Source of the DNA: Methanosarcinales archaeon | Lineage (GTDB): Archaea > Halobacteriota > Syntropharchaeia > Alkanophagales > Methanospirareceae | Assembly: GCA_025464325.1 (NCBI GenBank) | Contig: JAODGH010000032.1 | Coordinates: 1-48,012, forward strand | Direction: 5' to 3' | DNA: 48,012 nucleotides | Shown: piece by piece, positions 29,157 to 38,787 of the stretch | Layout: the number at the start of each line of letters is the position of its first letter | Numbering within the stretch: position 1 is the first letter of the stretch | Notes under the pieces: generated by a model | What the model was told of the DNA's origin: nothing | Database searches by the model: none | The model's input: the letters and a program-made list of their open reading frames with translations, nothing else | Made by a program: the position numbers and the translations under genes

Positions 29157-30620
29157 CTATTCCTCACCGAAGAATCTTCTTAACGCCGGATACATCTCCA
29201 TCATCTGTTCTGATGCCACCTCCTCATAAAGGTTGTATGCAATACTAACAGCGAGCAGTAAGCCCGTACCAGAAGCCTGTCCGAGTGTACCGAACATATT
29301 CGCAAGTACACATAACGTACCAAGAAGTGCACCACCCATTATCGCGATACGCGGTATGTAGCCCTCCATCAATCGCTCTATCGTTGCGGGATTGCGGCGA
29401 TGTCCCGGTATCTGCAGTCCGGAGCGGTATATCTGGCCCGCAACGTCACGGGCGCCCATACCGGTTGTCTCTATCCAGAAGAGCGCAAATATCGCGCCCC
29501 CAACTACCATAAATACCAGATCTATACCGAGCCGTATAGCTACCTGCCAGCCCGCATGTGGCGTCGCCATAAGACTGGGTAGCCAGTCCCAGGGTCCATA
29601 AATCGGACTGAGATAGTACATCAATCCAGATACAGCGCTACCCCATTTATCATATGTCCCTAATACAGTGATCCCGTGCAGCCACAAAGCCCGACCGAAA
29701 CCCTGTATACTCATCTGTAGTGCTCTAACAAGTATCATTGGCAGTACACTCGCGTATAATAGCTTGATCGGGAACCTGCCCCGGGCACCTCGTGCCAGCG
29801 AATGTGCCAGCGGGATCTCCAGACGCGTACTCTCCAGATACACAACGATGAAGAATACGGCAATAGTGGAGAAGAGAGCGATTAAATTATGCTGGAACAG
29901 GAAAGTTATACCCCCTTCCAGGATCTCATAAGCTTCTACATGAAGCGGTGAACCCGGCCAGAGCAGTACAAACCAGCGTGGTATAACTCCTACCGGGAGA
30001 CCGCTCTGATCCGGAACCCAATTAATGAGCCCGGTGATTACCTGCTGAGACACACCTGCAATGATGAATAGCGAAACGCCAGAGCCTATTCCCCATTTCG
30101 ATACTACCTCATCCATGAAATATATGAGCATACCACCGAGAAATACCTGGATGAACAGTATAATAGAGACGATCTTGAGCGAAACGCCGAGTTGCGCGGC
30201 TATACCGGGATCAGGCTTATAAAAACCCAATACATAGACCAGACTCATGAAGATAGAGAATACCACCACGAGCAGTTTCTGGATGTTCTGATAGAACTTC
30301 TGATCCTCGGAATTGGTCAGATCCAGCGACAATATCCCGGCGCCCACGAGTAGTTGTAGGATAATAGAAGCATCAACGATGGGCATGATACCGAGTGCGG
30401 TGAGTGAGAAACGATTACCCGCAAATATCGCTCGCCATCTGCCGAAAAGGTCAAGCGAATCGGGTGACAGTCCAAAAAGAGGCACGTTACCCAGCGCGAA
30501 ATAGAGTATCAGTATAGCAAGAGTCCATATCAACTTGGTCTTGAAATGAACGTGCCAGCTCGGACGTTCAACCATCGGGAATCTGTCCATCAGAGGTGTC
30601 AGAACTTCTCGTAGACTCAT
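29157..30620 (-). CDS. secY: Preprotein translocase subunit SecY
   Basis: LGIMPIV, KWGIGSG, FPIKLLY, QIPGHRR, GTGLLL; downstream of rpl15. Confidence 0.98.
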   Translation of the reverse strand: MSLREVLTPLMDRFPMVERPSWHVHFKTKLIWTLAILILYFALGNVPLFGLSPDSLDLFGRWRAIFAGNRFSLTALGIMPIVDASIILQLLVGAGILSLDLTNSEDQKFYQNIQKLLVVVFSIFMSLVYVLGFYKPDPGIAAQLGVSLKIVSIILFIQVFLGGMLIYFMDEVVSKWGIGSGVSLFIIAGVSQQVITGLINWVPDQSGLPVGVIPRWFVLLWPGSPLHVEAYEILEGGITFLFQHNLIALFSTIAVFFIVVYLESTRLEIPLAHSLARGARGRFPIKLLYASVLPMILVRALQMSIQGFGRALWLHGITVLGTYDKWGSAVSGLMYYLSPIYGPWDWLPSLMATPHAGWQVAIRLGIDLVFMVVGGAIFALFWIETTGMGARDVAGQIYRSGLQIPGHRRNPATIERLMEGYIPRIAIMGGALLGTLCVLANMFGTLGQASGTGLLLAVSIAYNLYEEVASEQMMEMYPALRRFFGEE

Positions 30621-30634
30621 TGCTTGTATCTACC

Positions 30635-31060
30635 TCAGCTAACTACTTCTACACTACCACCTGCTTGCTCTATCTTACCCTTTGCTATGCTCGATATCGC
30701 TTTTGCCTTAACTATCAACTTCTTTGTTACTTCTCCCTTGCCCAGTATCTTCGATATGCCGAGTTGGGTTGTATCGAGTATAAAAGCGTCATCACGCGCT
30801 TCCGCTTTGCCCGTCTTCAGCAATTCGTCCAAACGCTCTTCCAGTTCCCCTACGTTCAGTACCAGCTCATCACGCCTGATTGCAATATAAGGACGACCTC
30901 GCTTACCTTTCCTTATACCCTGCTTCAGAGATCGGACGAAATGATGTTCATAAGCGCCAGCATTACCGGAACCGCCTTTGCTGCCCTTACCACGGCGTTT
31001 CTTATGCGATCCCCCGCCACATGTCCTGGTTCCCCGTATCTTCTTTATCCTACGCTTCAT
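30635..31060 (-). CDS. rpl15: 50S ribosomal protein L15
   Basis: [32 protein letters not shown]. Confidence 0.96.
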   Translation of the reverse strand: MKRRIKKIRGTRTCGGGSHKKRRGKGSKGGSGNAGAYEHHFVRSLKQGIRKGKRGRPYIAIRRDELVLNVGELEERLDELLKTGKAEARDDAFILDTTQLGISKILGKGEVTKKLIVKAKAISSIAKGKIEQAGGSVEVVS

Positions 31061-31151
31061 CTCTTATCCCTGTCCTACTCCACAAAAACATGCTCCAATT
31101 ATATATACTTTACTTTTTATATCTCATCAATAGTCTCAATTGGAGTTGGAG

Positions 31152-31706
31152 ATGATGACGGAAGTAGAAATAAAAGTGGAGAATGTGGTGGCGAATGCAA
31201 GGATCGCTGATGAATTAGATCTGAGATATATCGAATCAAAGTTAGAAGACGCGGTATTCACGAAGAAGAAGTTTCCGGGGCTGGTGTACAGGACCCATAA
31301 CCCTAAAGCGGCTTTTCTCATCTTTCGTTCGGGCAAGGTAGTATGTACAGGCTCGAAGACCGAAGAAGGTGTGCGTAAGGTAATGGACATACTTGCTGCT
31401 GACCTCAGACGTATAGGGATAGATGTAGCAGAACATCCGGAGTTCAAGGTGCAGAATATCGTCGCTTCCGCCAATATCGGGAAAGAGCTCAACCTTGGCG
31501 CGATCGTTGTGGGTCTGGAGCTTGAGGGTATGGAATACGAGCCAGAAGTGTTTCCAGGGCTTGTTTATCGTATTGATGATCCTAAAAGTGCCATATTGAT
31601 ATTCAGCTCGGGGCGGCTGGTGATAACCGGTGGCAAGACGGTTGAGGATTGTAAAAGAGCGGTGAACGTTTTGATGGCGAAGTTGAAGGAGTTGAAGCTG
31701 ATCTGA
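31152..31706 (+). CDS. tbp: TATA-box-binding protein
   Basis: Two repeats NVVA..FPGLVYR..LIF.SG. Confidence 0.98.
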   Translation: MMTEVEIKVENVVANARIADELDLRYIESKLEDAVFTKKKFPGLVYRTHNPKAAFLIFRSGKVVCTGSKTEEGVRKVMDILAADLRRIGIDVAEHPEFKVQNIVASANIGKELNLGAIVVGLELEGMEYEPEVFPGLVYRIDDPKSAILIFSSGRLVITGGKTVEDCKRAVNVLMAKLKELKLI

Positions 31707-31715
31707 TCAAAAGGT

Positions 31716-32138
31716 ATGTTTGAGCCCAAGATAGTGGCTTTCTGCTGTAACTGGTGCTCTTATGCGGCGGCAGACCTCGCGGGTGTATCGCGTTTCCAGT
31801 ACCCACCGAACGTGCGTATAATACGCGTGATGTGTTCGGGGCGGGTAGAACCTGAGTTCATATTTGATGCATTCAAACACGGAGCCGATGGTGTCATTGT
31901 CACGGGCTGTTATCCCGGAGAATGTCATTACATATCAGGCAATCAGAAAGTCGAACAGCGAGTGGCGAAGGTGAAGAAGGCGATGGAGTATCTGGGACTC
32001 GAACCCGAGCGGCTGCGGCTGGAATGGATGTCAGCAGCAGAGAGCGAGCGGTTCGCTTCGGTTATGCGCGACTTCACAGAGGCGATAAGGGCGCTGGGGC
32101 CTCTAAAATACAGGGTATGTGATAGAGATGGCAGATAA
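31716..32138 (+). CDS. mvhD: Hydrogenase iron-sulfur subunit MvhD
   Basis: FCCNWCSYAAAD, IRVMCSGRV, GCYPGECHY. Confidence 0.96.
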   Translation: MFEPKIVAFCCNWCSYAAADLAGVSRFQYPPNVRIIRVMCSGRVEPEFIFDAFKHGADGVIVTGCYPGECHYISGNQKVEQRVAKVKKAMEYLGLEPERLRLEWMSAAESERFASVMRDFTEAIRALGPLKYRVCDRDGR

Positions 32139-33426
32139 GAAGGATGCAGTGGCGGTAATAGGTGGTGGTATTGCGGGTATACAGGCGGCAAACGATCTCG
32201 GTGAGATGGGTTTCCACGTGTACCTGCTGGAGAAGGAGCCATCGATTGGCGGGCGAGTGGCACGACTCAATCGTATATTTCCCACCGGTGAGAGCGCCAT
32301 ATCGATACTGGAGCCGAAGATACAGGCGCTTGTGGATAATGATAACATCGAACTACTGACATGTGCCGAAGTAGCGGAATTAAAAGGTACCGCGGGTGAT
32401 TTTGAACTCACGGTTGAGTGTAAACCGCGCTATGTCGATGAGGCTAAGTGTGTGGGCTGTCTACGTTGTATGGAGGTTTGCCCGGTTGAGTCGCCGGATC
32501 GTTTCAATGAAGGGCTGGGCACAAGGAAAGCTATCTTTATGTATCCACATGCTGTCCCGTCCTGTGCGACCATTGATATGGATGACTGCATACGAAGCGA
32601 CGGCTGTGATGCGTGTGTACGCGCATGCGAATACGATGCGATAGACTTCACACAGGAGAAACGGATCCGTAAGTTGAAAGTGGGGACGATAATCGTAGCA
32701 CCGGGTGCGGTAGCGTATGATCCCGGGTATGAGAACGATTATGGGTATGGGCTGTATGATAATGTGATAACGACAATGGAATTTGAACGACTTACGGACC
32801 CCGAAGGACCAACCGGCGGTGATCTGATCAGACCTTCGGACTGTGAGACGCCCATGCGTGTGGGCTTTATCAATTGCGTCGGCTCACGCGATATGAACAG
32901 GAACGTGTATTGTTCGGGAGGTGTGTGCTGCATGGAGAACATAAAGAACGCGATACTGCTTAAAGAGGCTCACCCGGAGGTCATATGCTATATCTTCTAT
33001 ATCGATATAAGAGCACCCTTCAGGAGCTATGAAGAGCTTTATACACGTGCACGTGAGCTTGGTATTCGCTTTATTCGCGGTAGACCGGCAGAAGTAACGG
33101 AAATGGATAACGGTAACCTGATAGTCAGAGCGGAAGACACGTTGAAGGGCATGGTACGTAATGTTGAGGTAGAACTCGTCGTGCTCGGCATCGGCAATGT
33201 GCCCGGTGAGGACATACCGAAACTATCAAATATGCTGCAGATACCGCTTGCAGAAGACGGTATGTTCAGGGAGTTACATTCCCGAGCAGCACCCGTGGAT
33301 AGCGAGCGCGAGGGTATATTCATCGCAGGTGCGGCTGCGGGTCCAAAGGATATCGCTATTGCTGTTGCACAGGGCAGTAGTGCAGCTGCGAGAGCCGCTT
33401 CCACGTTGCTCCACTCTCACAGTTAG
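32128..33426 (+). CDS. hdrA: Short HdrA-like flavoprotein (FAD core plus inserted ferredoxin)
   Basis: VIGGGIAG, CxxCxxCxxxCP insert, CVGSRD, YCSGGVCC, GIFIAG..GPKDI. Confidence 0.85.
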   Translation: MADKKDAVAVIGGGIAGIQAANDLGEMGFHVYLLEKEPSIGGRVARLNRIFPTGESAISILEPKIQALVDNDNIELLTCAEVAELKGTAGDFELTVECKPRYVDEAKCVGCLRCMEVCPVESPDRFNEGLGTRKAIFMYPHAVPSCATIDMDDCIRSDGCDACVRACEYDAIDFTQEKRIRKLKVGTIIVAPGAVAYDPGYENDYGYGLYDNVITTMEFERLTDPEGPTGGDLIRPSDCETPMRVGFINCVGSRDMNRNVYCSGGVCCMENIKNAILLKEAHPEVICYIFYIDIRAPFRSYEELYTRARELGIRFIRGRPAEVTEMDNGNLIVRAEDTLKGMVRNVEVELVVLGIGNVPGEDIPKLSNMLQIPLAEDGMFRELHSRAAPVDSEREGIFIAGAAAGPKDIAIAVAQGSSAAARAASTLLHSHS

Positions 33427-33469
33427 TAGAAACGATAGAATCCGGGAAGGAGCGTGTAAAGAGCGGTGA

Positions 33470-34093
33470 TTATACCGGCTGTCTCGACCCTGTACGGCGT
33501 ATCAGGTTCTGAAATGCACGTTTTACCTGCTTAGCGGTTTCTTCTACCGTGCCTTCGTTGTTTATCACAATATCTGCGAATTTTAATTTCTCATTCAGCG
33601 GTATCTGAAGCGCGATGAGTTCCTTCGCCTCCTGCTCGTCTATACCCTCTCGTTCCATCACTCGCTTCAGCTGTTCCTTCTCGTTCACATAGACCAGTAT
33701 CACGACATCGAATTTATCCACAAAACCCGCCTCTATCAAAAGCGGCACATCGACAACGATGAGCGCATTCGGTTCTATCTTCCTGATTGCTTCGATCCTT
33801 GCCCGGCACATCGCCATGACCTCGGGATGAATTACCGCTTCCAGATACCTGCGCCTGGCAGAATCGGCAACGACGATCTCACGCAGGCGCTTACGGTCAA
33901 TCTCCAGATCTCGCTTCAGTATCTCCTTGCCGAAATGCTCAACCAGTTGCCACCACGCCTTTGTGCATGGTCTCACGGCTTCACGACTCAGCACATCGCA
34001 ATCGATACCGAACGCTCCGAGTTCCAGGAATAACCTGTAAACCAGGCTCTTACCACTGCCTATACCTCCTGTTATGGCAGCAACAACGGTCAA
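33470..34093 (-). CDS. coaE: Dephospho-CoA kinase, bacterial CoaE type
   Basis: ITGGIGSGKS, IDRKRL, IHP, DVPLLIE. Confidence 0.92.
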   Translation of the reverse strand: MTVVAAITGGIGSGKSLVYRLFLELGAFGIDCDVLSREAVRPCTKAWWQLVEHFGKEILKRDLEIDRKRLREIVVADSARRRYLEAVIHPEVMAMCRARIEAIRKIEPNALIVVDVPLLIEAGFVDKFDVVILVYVNEKEQLKRVMEREGIDEQEAKELIALQIPLNEKLKFADIVINNEGTVEETAKQVKRAFQNLIRRTGSRQPV

Positions 34094-34094
34094 C

Positions 34095-34742
34095 TCATTT
34101 CACCACCCGGATCGCTACAAACGCACCTTCACCGTATCCCGGTTTCCAATCCTCCGCTTCTGCCAGGTCTGTATCAAATACCGTCTGTACAAATTCGAAT
34201 TCGTGCTCATTAAAGCCGGCAAACTTCAATAAATCGGTTACCTCATCCGTACTGTAAAATCTCGCGATACGATAAAACGGGCTATCATATTTTTTACGCT
34301 CATATATCCTGCCAAGAGGGCTATCGCGATCTATAAACGCAAGTATGAACCAGCCCCGGGGCTTCAACACCCTGAAAACCTCCCGAAACGCCAGTGATAC
34401 GTCATCGAGAAAGCACATGGTGGTGACCATAAGTACGAATTTGAAACAGGATTTTGTGAATGGTAATGCCTCGGCTATACCTCTTATGACCGCGATACCG
34501 CGTGCTTTTGACCGTGCCGCCATCGTTGGTGAAGGCTCAATACCCAGAGGGATGCCCAATGGTGATGCGAAACGTCCGGTACCCACTCCTACCTCGATGC
34601 TCTCTTCACTCACGATCGATGCCATATCCGAAGGCAACAGAGCTCTTAGCGCACGCACTTCCGATTCGTATACCGCTCTGTGCTCTTCGAACCATTCATC
34701 ATATTCCGCGGCATATCTCTCAAAAGGCAGGATTCTCGGCAT
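34095..34742 (-). CDS. Class I SAM-dependent methyltransferase
   Basis: EVGVGTGRF, GIEPS, AEALPF, RVLKP.G. Confidence 0.92.
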   Translation of the reverse strand: MPRILPFERYAAEYDEWFEEHRAVYESEVRALRALLPSDMASIVSEESIEVGVGTGRFASPLGIPLGIEPSPTMAARSKARGIAVIRGIAEALPFTKSCFKFVLMVTTMCFLDDVSLAFREVFRVLKPRGWFILAFIDRDSPLGRIYERKKYDSPFYRIARFYSTDEVTDLLKFAGFNEHEFEFVQTVFDTDLAEAEDWKPGYGEGAFVAIRVVK

Positions 34743-34748
34743 CGTTAT

Positions 34749-35978
34749 TCACTCTACCACGGTGCCCGCGCCGATGAGATGCCATCTCGCGCCTATTTTG
34801 CGCGCGATAGCCACACGTGCTCCCGTATCCGCGCATACGGGGCGGATCAGATTAGCTTTTAGCGAATTCTTCGTCAGCTTCTTCACTTCACCCATTGTGA
34901 TTGCCGTACCCACACTCAGCATAAGACTCTCACCCACCTTTATCGCGGCGGTCTCCATCTCCTTAGCTACGCCAACTACACGCTCTAACAGGCGGAATTG
35001 AACCGTGAGCTCATAGCGAGTGGGTGGTAAAGAGCCCTGTAAACCCACACACTGCCCAACAAGCGAATCCTCTATTGTCATGCTCGGATCTAATTTCGTG
35101 CCAACACCTATCAACCCACCCGGTGTCACCTCCTCTACGGGCACGCCACCAGCCATTATGGATGTTATCTCGGTCTCAATCGGTACCCATTTCGGCTTAC
35201 CACTGCCCGTAGTCACCATCCGGCCGGGGCGTATCTCAAGCCTGTCACCCACCCGCAACTTACCCCTGAGCAGGGAACCACCGATCACGCCTCCTTTAAG
35301 GTTCTCTATCGGTGTGCCGGGCTTATTCACATCAAAAGAGCGAGCAATATACATGAGCGGGGCTACATCTTCGGGACGGTCTGGCGTTGGTATTGTCTCC
35401 TCTATTTTCTGGATGAGAACATCTATGTTCACCGATTGCTGCGCAGAAATGGGCACAATCGGTGCGTCCTCTGCGATTGTGCCTTTGATAAACTCCTTTA
35501 TCTGTAAATAGTGTTTAAATGCATCCTCGCGCGTGACGAGATCGACCTTGTTCTGTGCAATTACCAGATTCTTTATGCCCACGATGCTGAGCGCCATCAG
35601 ATGCTCCTTTGTCTGTGGCTGAGGACACGGTTCAGACGCGGCAATGAGCAGAACGGCACCATCCATAATCGCAGCACCACTCAACATAGTTGCCATCAGT
35701 GCTTCATGCCCCGGCGAATCCACAAATGAGACCGTTCGTAGCTCCTCGGTCTTTGACCCGCAATGCTTACAGACATTCTCTACGGTATAACAATCGGGTT
35801 CCTTACATTTCGGACATCGCCTGAAAGTCGCATCGGCATAGCCCAGCCTTATAGATATGCCTCGCTTTATCTCTTCACTGTGCCGGTCGGTCCACTCGCC
35901 GGATAGCGCGTTCACTAACGTCGTCTTGCCATGATCCACATGCCCTACCATTCCTATGTTCACAGATGGCTTTCCCGT
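34749..35978 (-). CDS. eif2g: Translation initiation factor 2 gamma subunit (start proposed at ACG 35978; first canonical start GTG 35963)
   Basis: [23 protein letters not shown], zinc ribbon, DSPGHE, PQPQT, QNKVD. Confidence 0.97.
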   Translation of the reverse strand, partial: TGKPSVNIGMVGHVDHGKTTLVNALSGEWTDRHSEEIKRGISIRLGYADATFRRCPKCKEPDCYTVENVCKHCGSKTEELRTVSFVDSPGHEALMATMLSGAAIMDGAVLLIAASEPCPQPQTKEHLMALSIVGIKNLVIAQNKVDLVTREDAFKHYLQIKEFIKGTIAEDAPIVPISAQQSVNIDVLIQKIEETIPTPDRPEDVAPLMYIARSFDVNKPGTPIENLKGGVIGGSLLRGKLRVGDRLEIRPGRMVTTGSGKPKWVPIETEITSIMAGGVPVEEVTPGGLIGVGTKLDPSMTIEDSLVGQCVGLQGSLPPTRYELTVQFRLLERVVGVAKEMETAAIKVGESLMLSVGTAITMGEVKKLTKNSLKANLIRPVCADTGARVAIARKIGARWHLIGAGTVVE

Positions 35979-36071
35979 TTTTATTTACCCCCCGCTTATT
36001 CAACCTTTTTATTCCATTCTCTTTTAAATTGAAGTAATAAAAATTATTAATCTTAATTGCTTGCGACGGGC

Positions 36072-37214
36072 ATGGAATTTGAACTAAGTACGCGGGAACG
36101 TGAAGTACAGAGCTTTGTAGCCGGGTTCGCAGCTACGGAAGTATTGCCACTCGCCGCTGAGATAGACCGTAAAGGCAAATTCCCCGTAGATATCGTCAGG
36201 CTGATGGGTAAGCATAAGCTATTTGGTATCCCTTTCCCACCCGAATACGGCGGATTGGGCGATAATCTGCTCTGCTACGTTCTGATGGTGGAGGAGCTAT
36301 CGAAGGTGAGCGCCAGTATCGGATTCCTTAGCTCCGCTGCACTTATCACTATATTCCCGATTTATTCGGCAGGTACCGAAGAGCAGAAAAGCAAGTACCT
36401 CGGGCCTTTATGCAGCGGTAAGAAGATCGGCGCATTTGCTATCACCGAGCCTGCAGCTGGTTCTGACCCACTGTCTATGACGACAACCGCGAGACGTGAG
36501 GGTGATGAATACGTATTGAACGGTCGAAAAGTGTTTATCACCAATGCCGCCGTTGCTGATATATACGTTGTCTTTGCATACACAGATAGCAGTAAGGGCA
36601 GAAAGGGCGTGAGTGCGTTTATCGTGGAGAAAGGTACAGACGGATTCTCGTTTACCCGGATGCAGGAGATGATAGGCATGCGTGGCTGTGTGGTGGGTGG
36701 GCTGGAATTCCACGATTGCAGGATTCCTGCCACCAATCTACTCGGTGCCGAGGGTGACGGGTTCAGGATCGCAATGGCTACTCTGGATAGAGATAGAATA
36801 GCGATGGGCGCTGTGGGGGTAGGTATTGCTCGTGCGTGCCTTGAGCTCTCTGTCCAATATGCCAGGGAACGCAAGCAGTTTGGTCAGCCGATATCAAATT
36901 TCCAGGCTGTTCAGTTTATGCTGGCGGATATGGCGGTACAGACCGAAGCGGCGAGATTGCTGACATATAAAGCTGCTTATCATGCGGATAGGGGCGATCG
37001 AATTACGATGAAAGCGGCATCAATGGCTAAGCTCTATGCTTCTGAGGTCGCATTCCACGTGGCTACTGATGCGGTGCAGATACACGGTGGTCTGGGCTGT
37101 ACACGGGGCAGTCCGGTAGAACGCTTTTTCCGGGATGCTAAAGTACTGAGTATCGCGGTTGGTACCTCAGAGATACAAAGACTGGTGATAGCGCGTGAGG
37201 AATTGAGAGGCTAA
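36072..37214 (+). CDS. Acyl-CoA dehydrogenase family flavoprotein
   Basis: FAITEP.AGSD, LNGRKVFITN, R.QFG, AVQIHGG.G, GTSEIQR. Confidence 0.95.
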   Translation: MEFELSTREREVQSFVAGFAATEVLPLAAEIDRKGKFPVDIVRLMGKHKLFGIPFPPEYGGLGDNLLCYVLMVEELSKVSASIGFLSSAALITIFPIYSAGTEEQKSKYLGPLCSGKKIGAFAITEPAAGSDPLSMTTTARREGDEYVLNGRKVFITNAAVADIYVVFAYTDSSKGRKGVSAFIVEKGTDGFSFTRMQEMIGMRGCVVGGLEFHDCRIPATNLLGAEGDGFRIAMATLDRDRIAMGAVGVGIARACLELSVQYARERKQFGQPISNFQAVQFMLADMAVQTEAARLLTYKAAYHADRGDRITMKAASMAKLYASEVAFHVATDAVQIHGGLGCTRGSPVERFFRDAKVLSIAVGTSEIQRLVIAREELRG

Positions 37215-37219
37215 AAAAA

Positions 37220-37789
37220 ATGAGCCGAATATCACTGGCTGTACCTGTACGAAGAAGCAACGTATCGGTGGAAATGGCGATTGCAAGCCGCAAATCACGC
37301 AGAGCATTCCGAAAGGAAGCACTCGGAATGACTGATTTAGCGCTGCTCGTATGGGCTGCGCGGAGAGTACCGTCTGCAGGCGCCATCTATCCACTGGAGC
37401 TGTATCTTGTGATCGGTGCCGTTGAAGGTATAAAACCGGGGGTGTACCACGTACTGGATGACAGTTCTATGGAACTGCATAGCGAGGGCGATCTGCGGAC
37501 CGAATTGGCTATTGCGTGTCTGGAACAGATGTTCATCGCTGATGCTGCGTTATCCATTGTTATCACGGCTGAGTACGAACGCACAACACGCAGATACGGC
37601 GAACGGGGTATAAGATACGTGTATATGGAGGCAGGGCATGTATCTCAGAACATATATTTAGAATGTGAGGCTCTGGGTCTTGCTACCGTTGCTATCGGTG
37701 CGTTCCGTGATGCTGAGGTCGCAAATGTGCTGGACCTACCGAAAACGCACAGACCGATATACCTGATGCCCGTTGGTGTCCGGGACTAA
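37220..37789 (+). CDS. SagB/ThcOx-type nitroreductase family protein
   Basis: RKSRR, PSAGAIYP, EAGHVSQNIYL, IGAF.D. Confidence 0.9.
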   Translation: MSRISLAVPVRRSNVSVEMAIASRKSRRAFRKEALGMTDLALLVWAARRVPSAGAIYPLELYLVIGAVEGIKPGVYHVLDDSSMELHSEGDLRTELAIACLEQMFIADAALSIVITAEYERTTRRYGERGIRYVYMEAGHVSQNIYLECEALGLATVAIGAFRDAEVANVLDLPKTHRPIYLMPVGVRD

Positions 37790-37790
37790 C

Positions 37791-38456
37791 CTAACCATAT
37801 ATCCCCTTCTCCACTATCTTGCCGCCAGCAAACCGGGTTATGTAATCCAGCGCTATATCCATGCCACGATCGAGCTCGGATTTACTTATTCCGGGAATAC
37901 CGTAAGCGACCAGAAGCAGGTCTTTCGTAGATGCCGTCACCTTCGTCTGCTCTGTATCGCCATGAACATAAACAGAGAGTATCTTCTCGGAGTCGCAAAG
38001 TACTATCTCCTTACCTTTCAGGCTCTTCAACCGGTCTCCTATAAGGCGTACCATCTCGCCGGCATGCGCGAATCGCAACATGAGCGGTGGTACAATTCGC
38101 CGAAGGTCAAAAACGCTGAAAGTAAGCAGTGTCTGCACCGATGCGAGATTGTATGCATCAACGATCGGCGATATTCTTGGCAGTCCTCGACCCGTAAGGA
38201 TCCTGCGCAATAACGCTTCAGATGCTGGACGAACCTTCGTGGGGTCAATGCCCATATGCCAGAAGAAATCCCGCTGGAGCCGCAATGTTCTTATATCTTT
38301 CAATGCTGATGGCTCATACTGTGCCCTCAATGCAGCTTCAACCGCCGATATCTCGGTTTCTATCGACCCCGTCCCGGGACTCACATCCGCTATCTCAGCA
38401 AGCCCTATGTACAGCTCGAATCGGGTTCGTATCGCATCATCTATTACGAGTTGCAT
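37791..38456 (-). CDS. B3/4 domain protein (PheRS-beta editing-like)
   Basis: GIDPTKVRPASEALLRR, LPRISPIVDAYN. Confidence 0.9.
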   Translation of the reverse strand: MQLVIDDAIRTRFELYIGLAEIADVSPGTGSIETEISAVEAALRAQYEPSALKDIRTLRLQRDFFWHMGIDPTKVRPASEALLRRILTGRGLPRISPIVDAYNLASVQTLLTFSVFDLRRIVPPLMLRFAHAGEMVRLIGDRLKSLKGKEIVLCDSEKILSVYVHGDTEQTKVTASTKDLLLVAYGIPGISKSELDRGMDIALDYITRFAGGKIVEKGIYG

Positions 38457-38465
38457 CTGTGCATA

Positions 38466-38648
38466 CTATGTTATCAATATCGTGTGTTTCAACAGGTCAA
38501 TCTCCTTTATCCTGCCTTTTGCATGCCGTACCTCGCCGAATATACCCGTGAGCTTTATGTCATCACCCGTTATCTCCACCCGTATCACGTCCTCCATCAG
38601 TAGTTCACGTTCACCCGCCCTGTCCATCAATACACGCGATTCACACAT
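38466..38648 (-). CDS. CooT family nickel-binding protein
   Basis: MCES..MEDV...GIFGE...IDLLKH. Confidence 0.88.
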   Translation of the reverse strand: MCESRVLMDRAGERELLMEDVIRVEITGDDIKLTGIFGEVRHAKGRIKEIDLLKHTILIT

Positions 38649-38787
38649 GGTCTGTCAATAGTTATGCCCGGCTTTGTAATAAATGAATAGTAATAATAAA
38701 TGGATAGTAATAAACAACCGGTAGCTGAGATGACCGCATGTCTTTTATATTATGCGAGTTTATCATTGTCTCAGGCAGGTGAGTGAA

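Noticed and set aside
31716..33426. Selenocysteine or pyrrolysine recoding in mvhD/hdrA
   Set aside because: No in-frame TGA; hdrA ends TAG TAG with no ferredoxin-like continuation and a convergent gene follows
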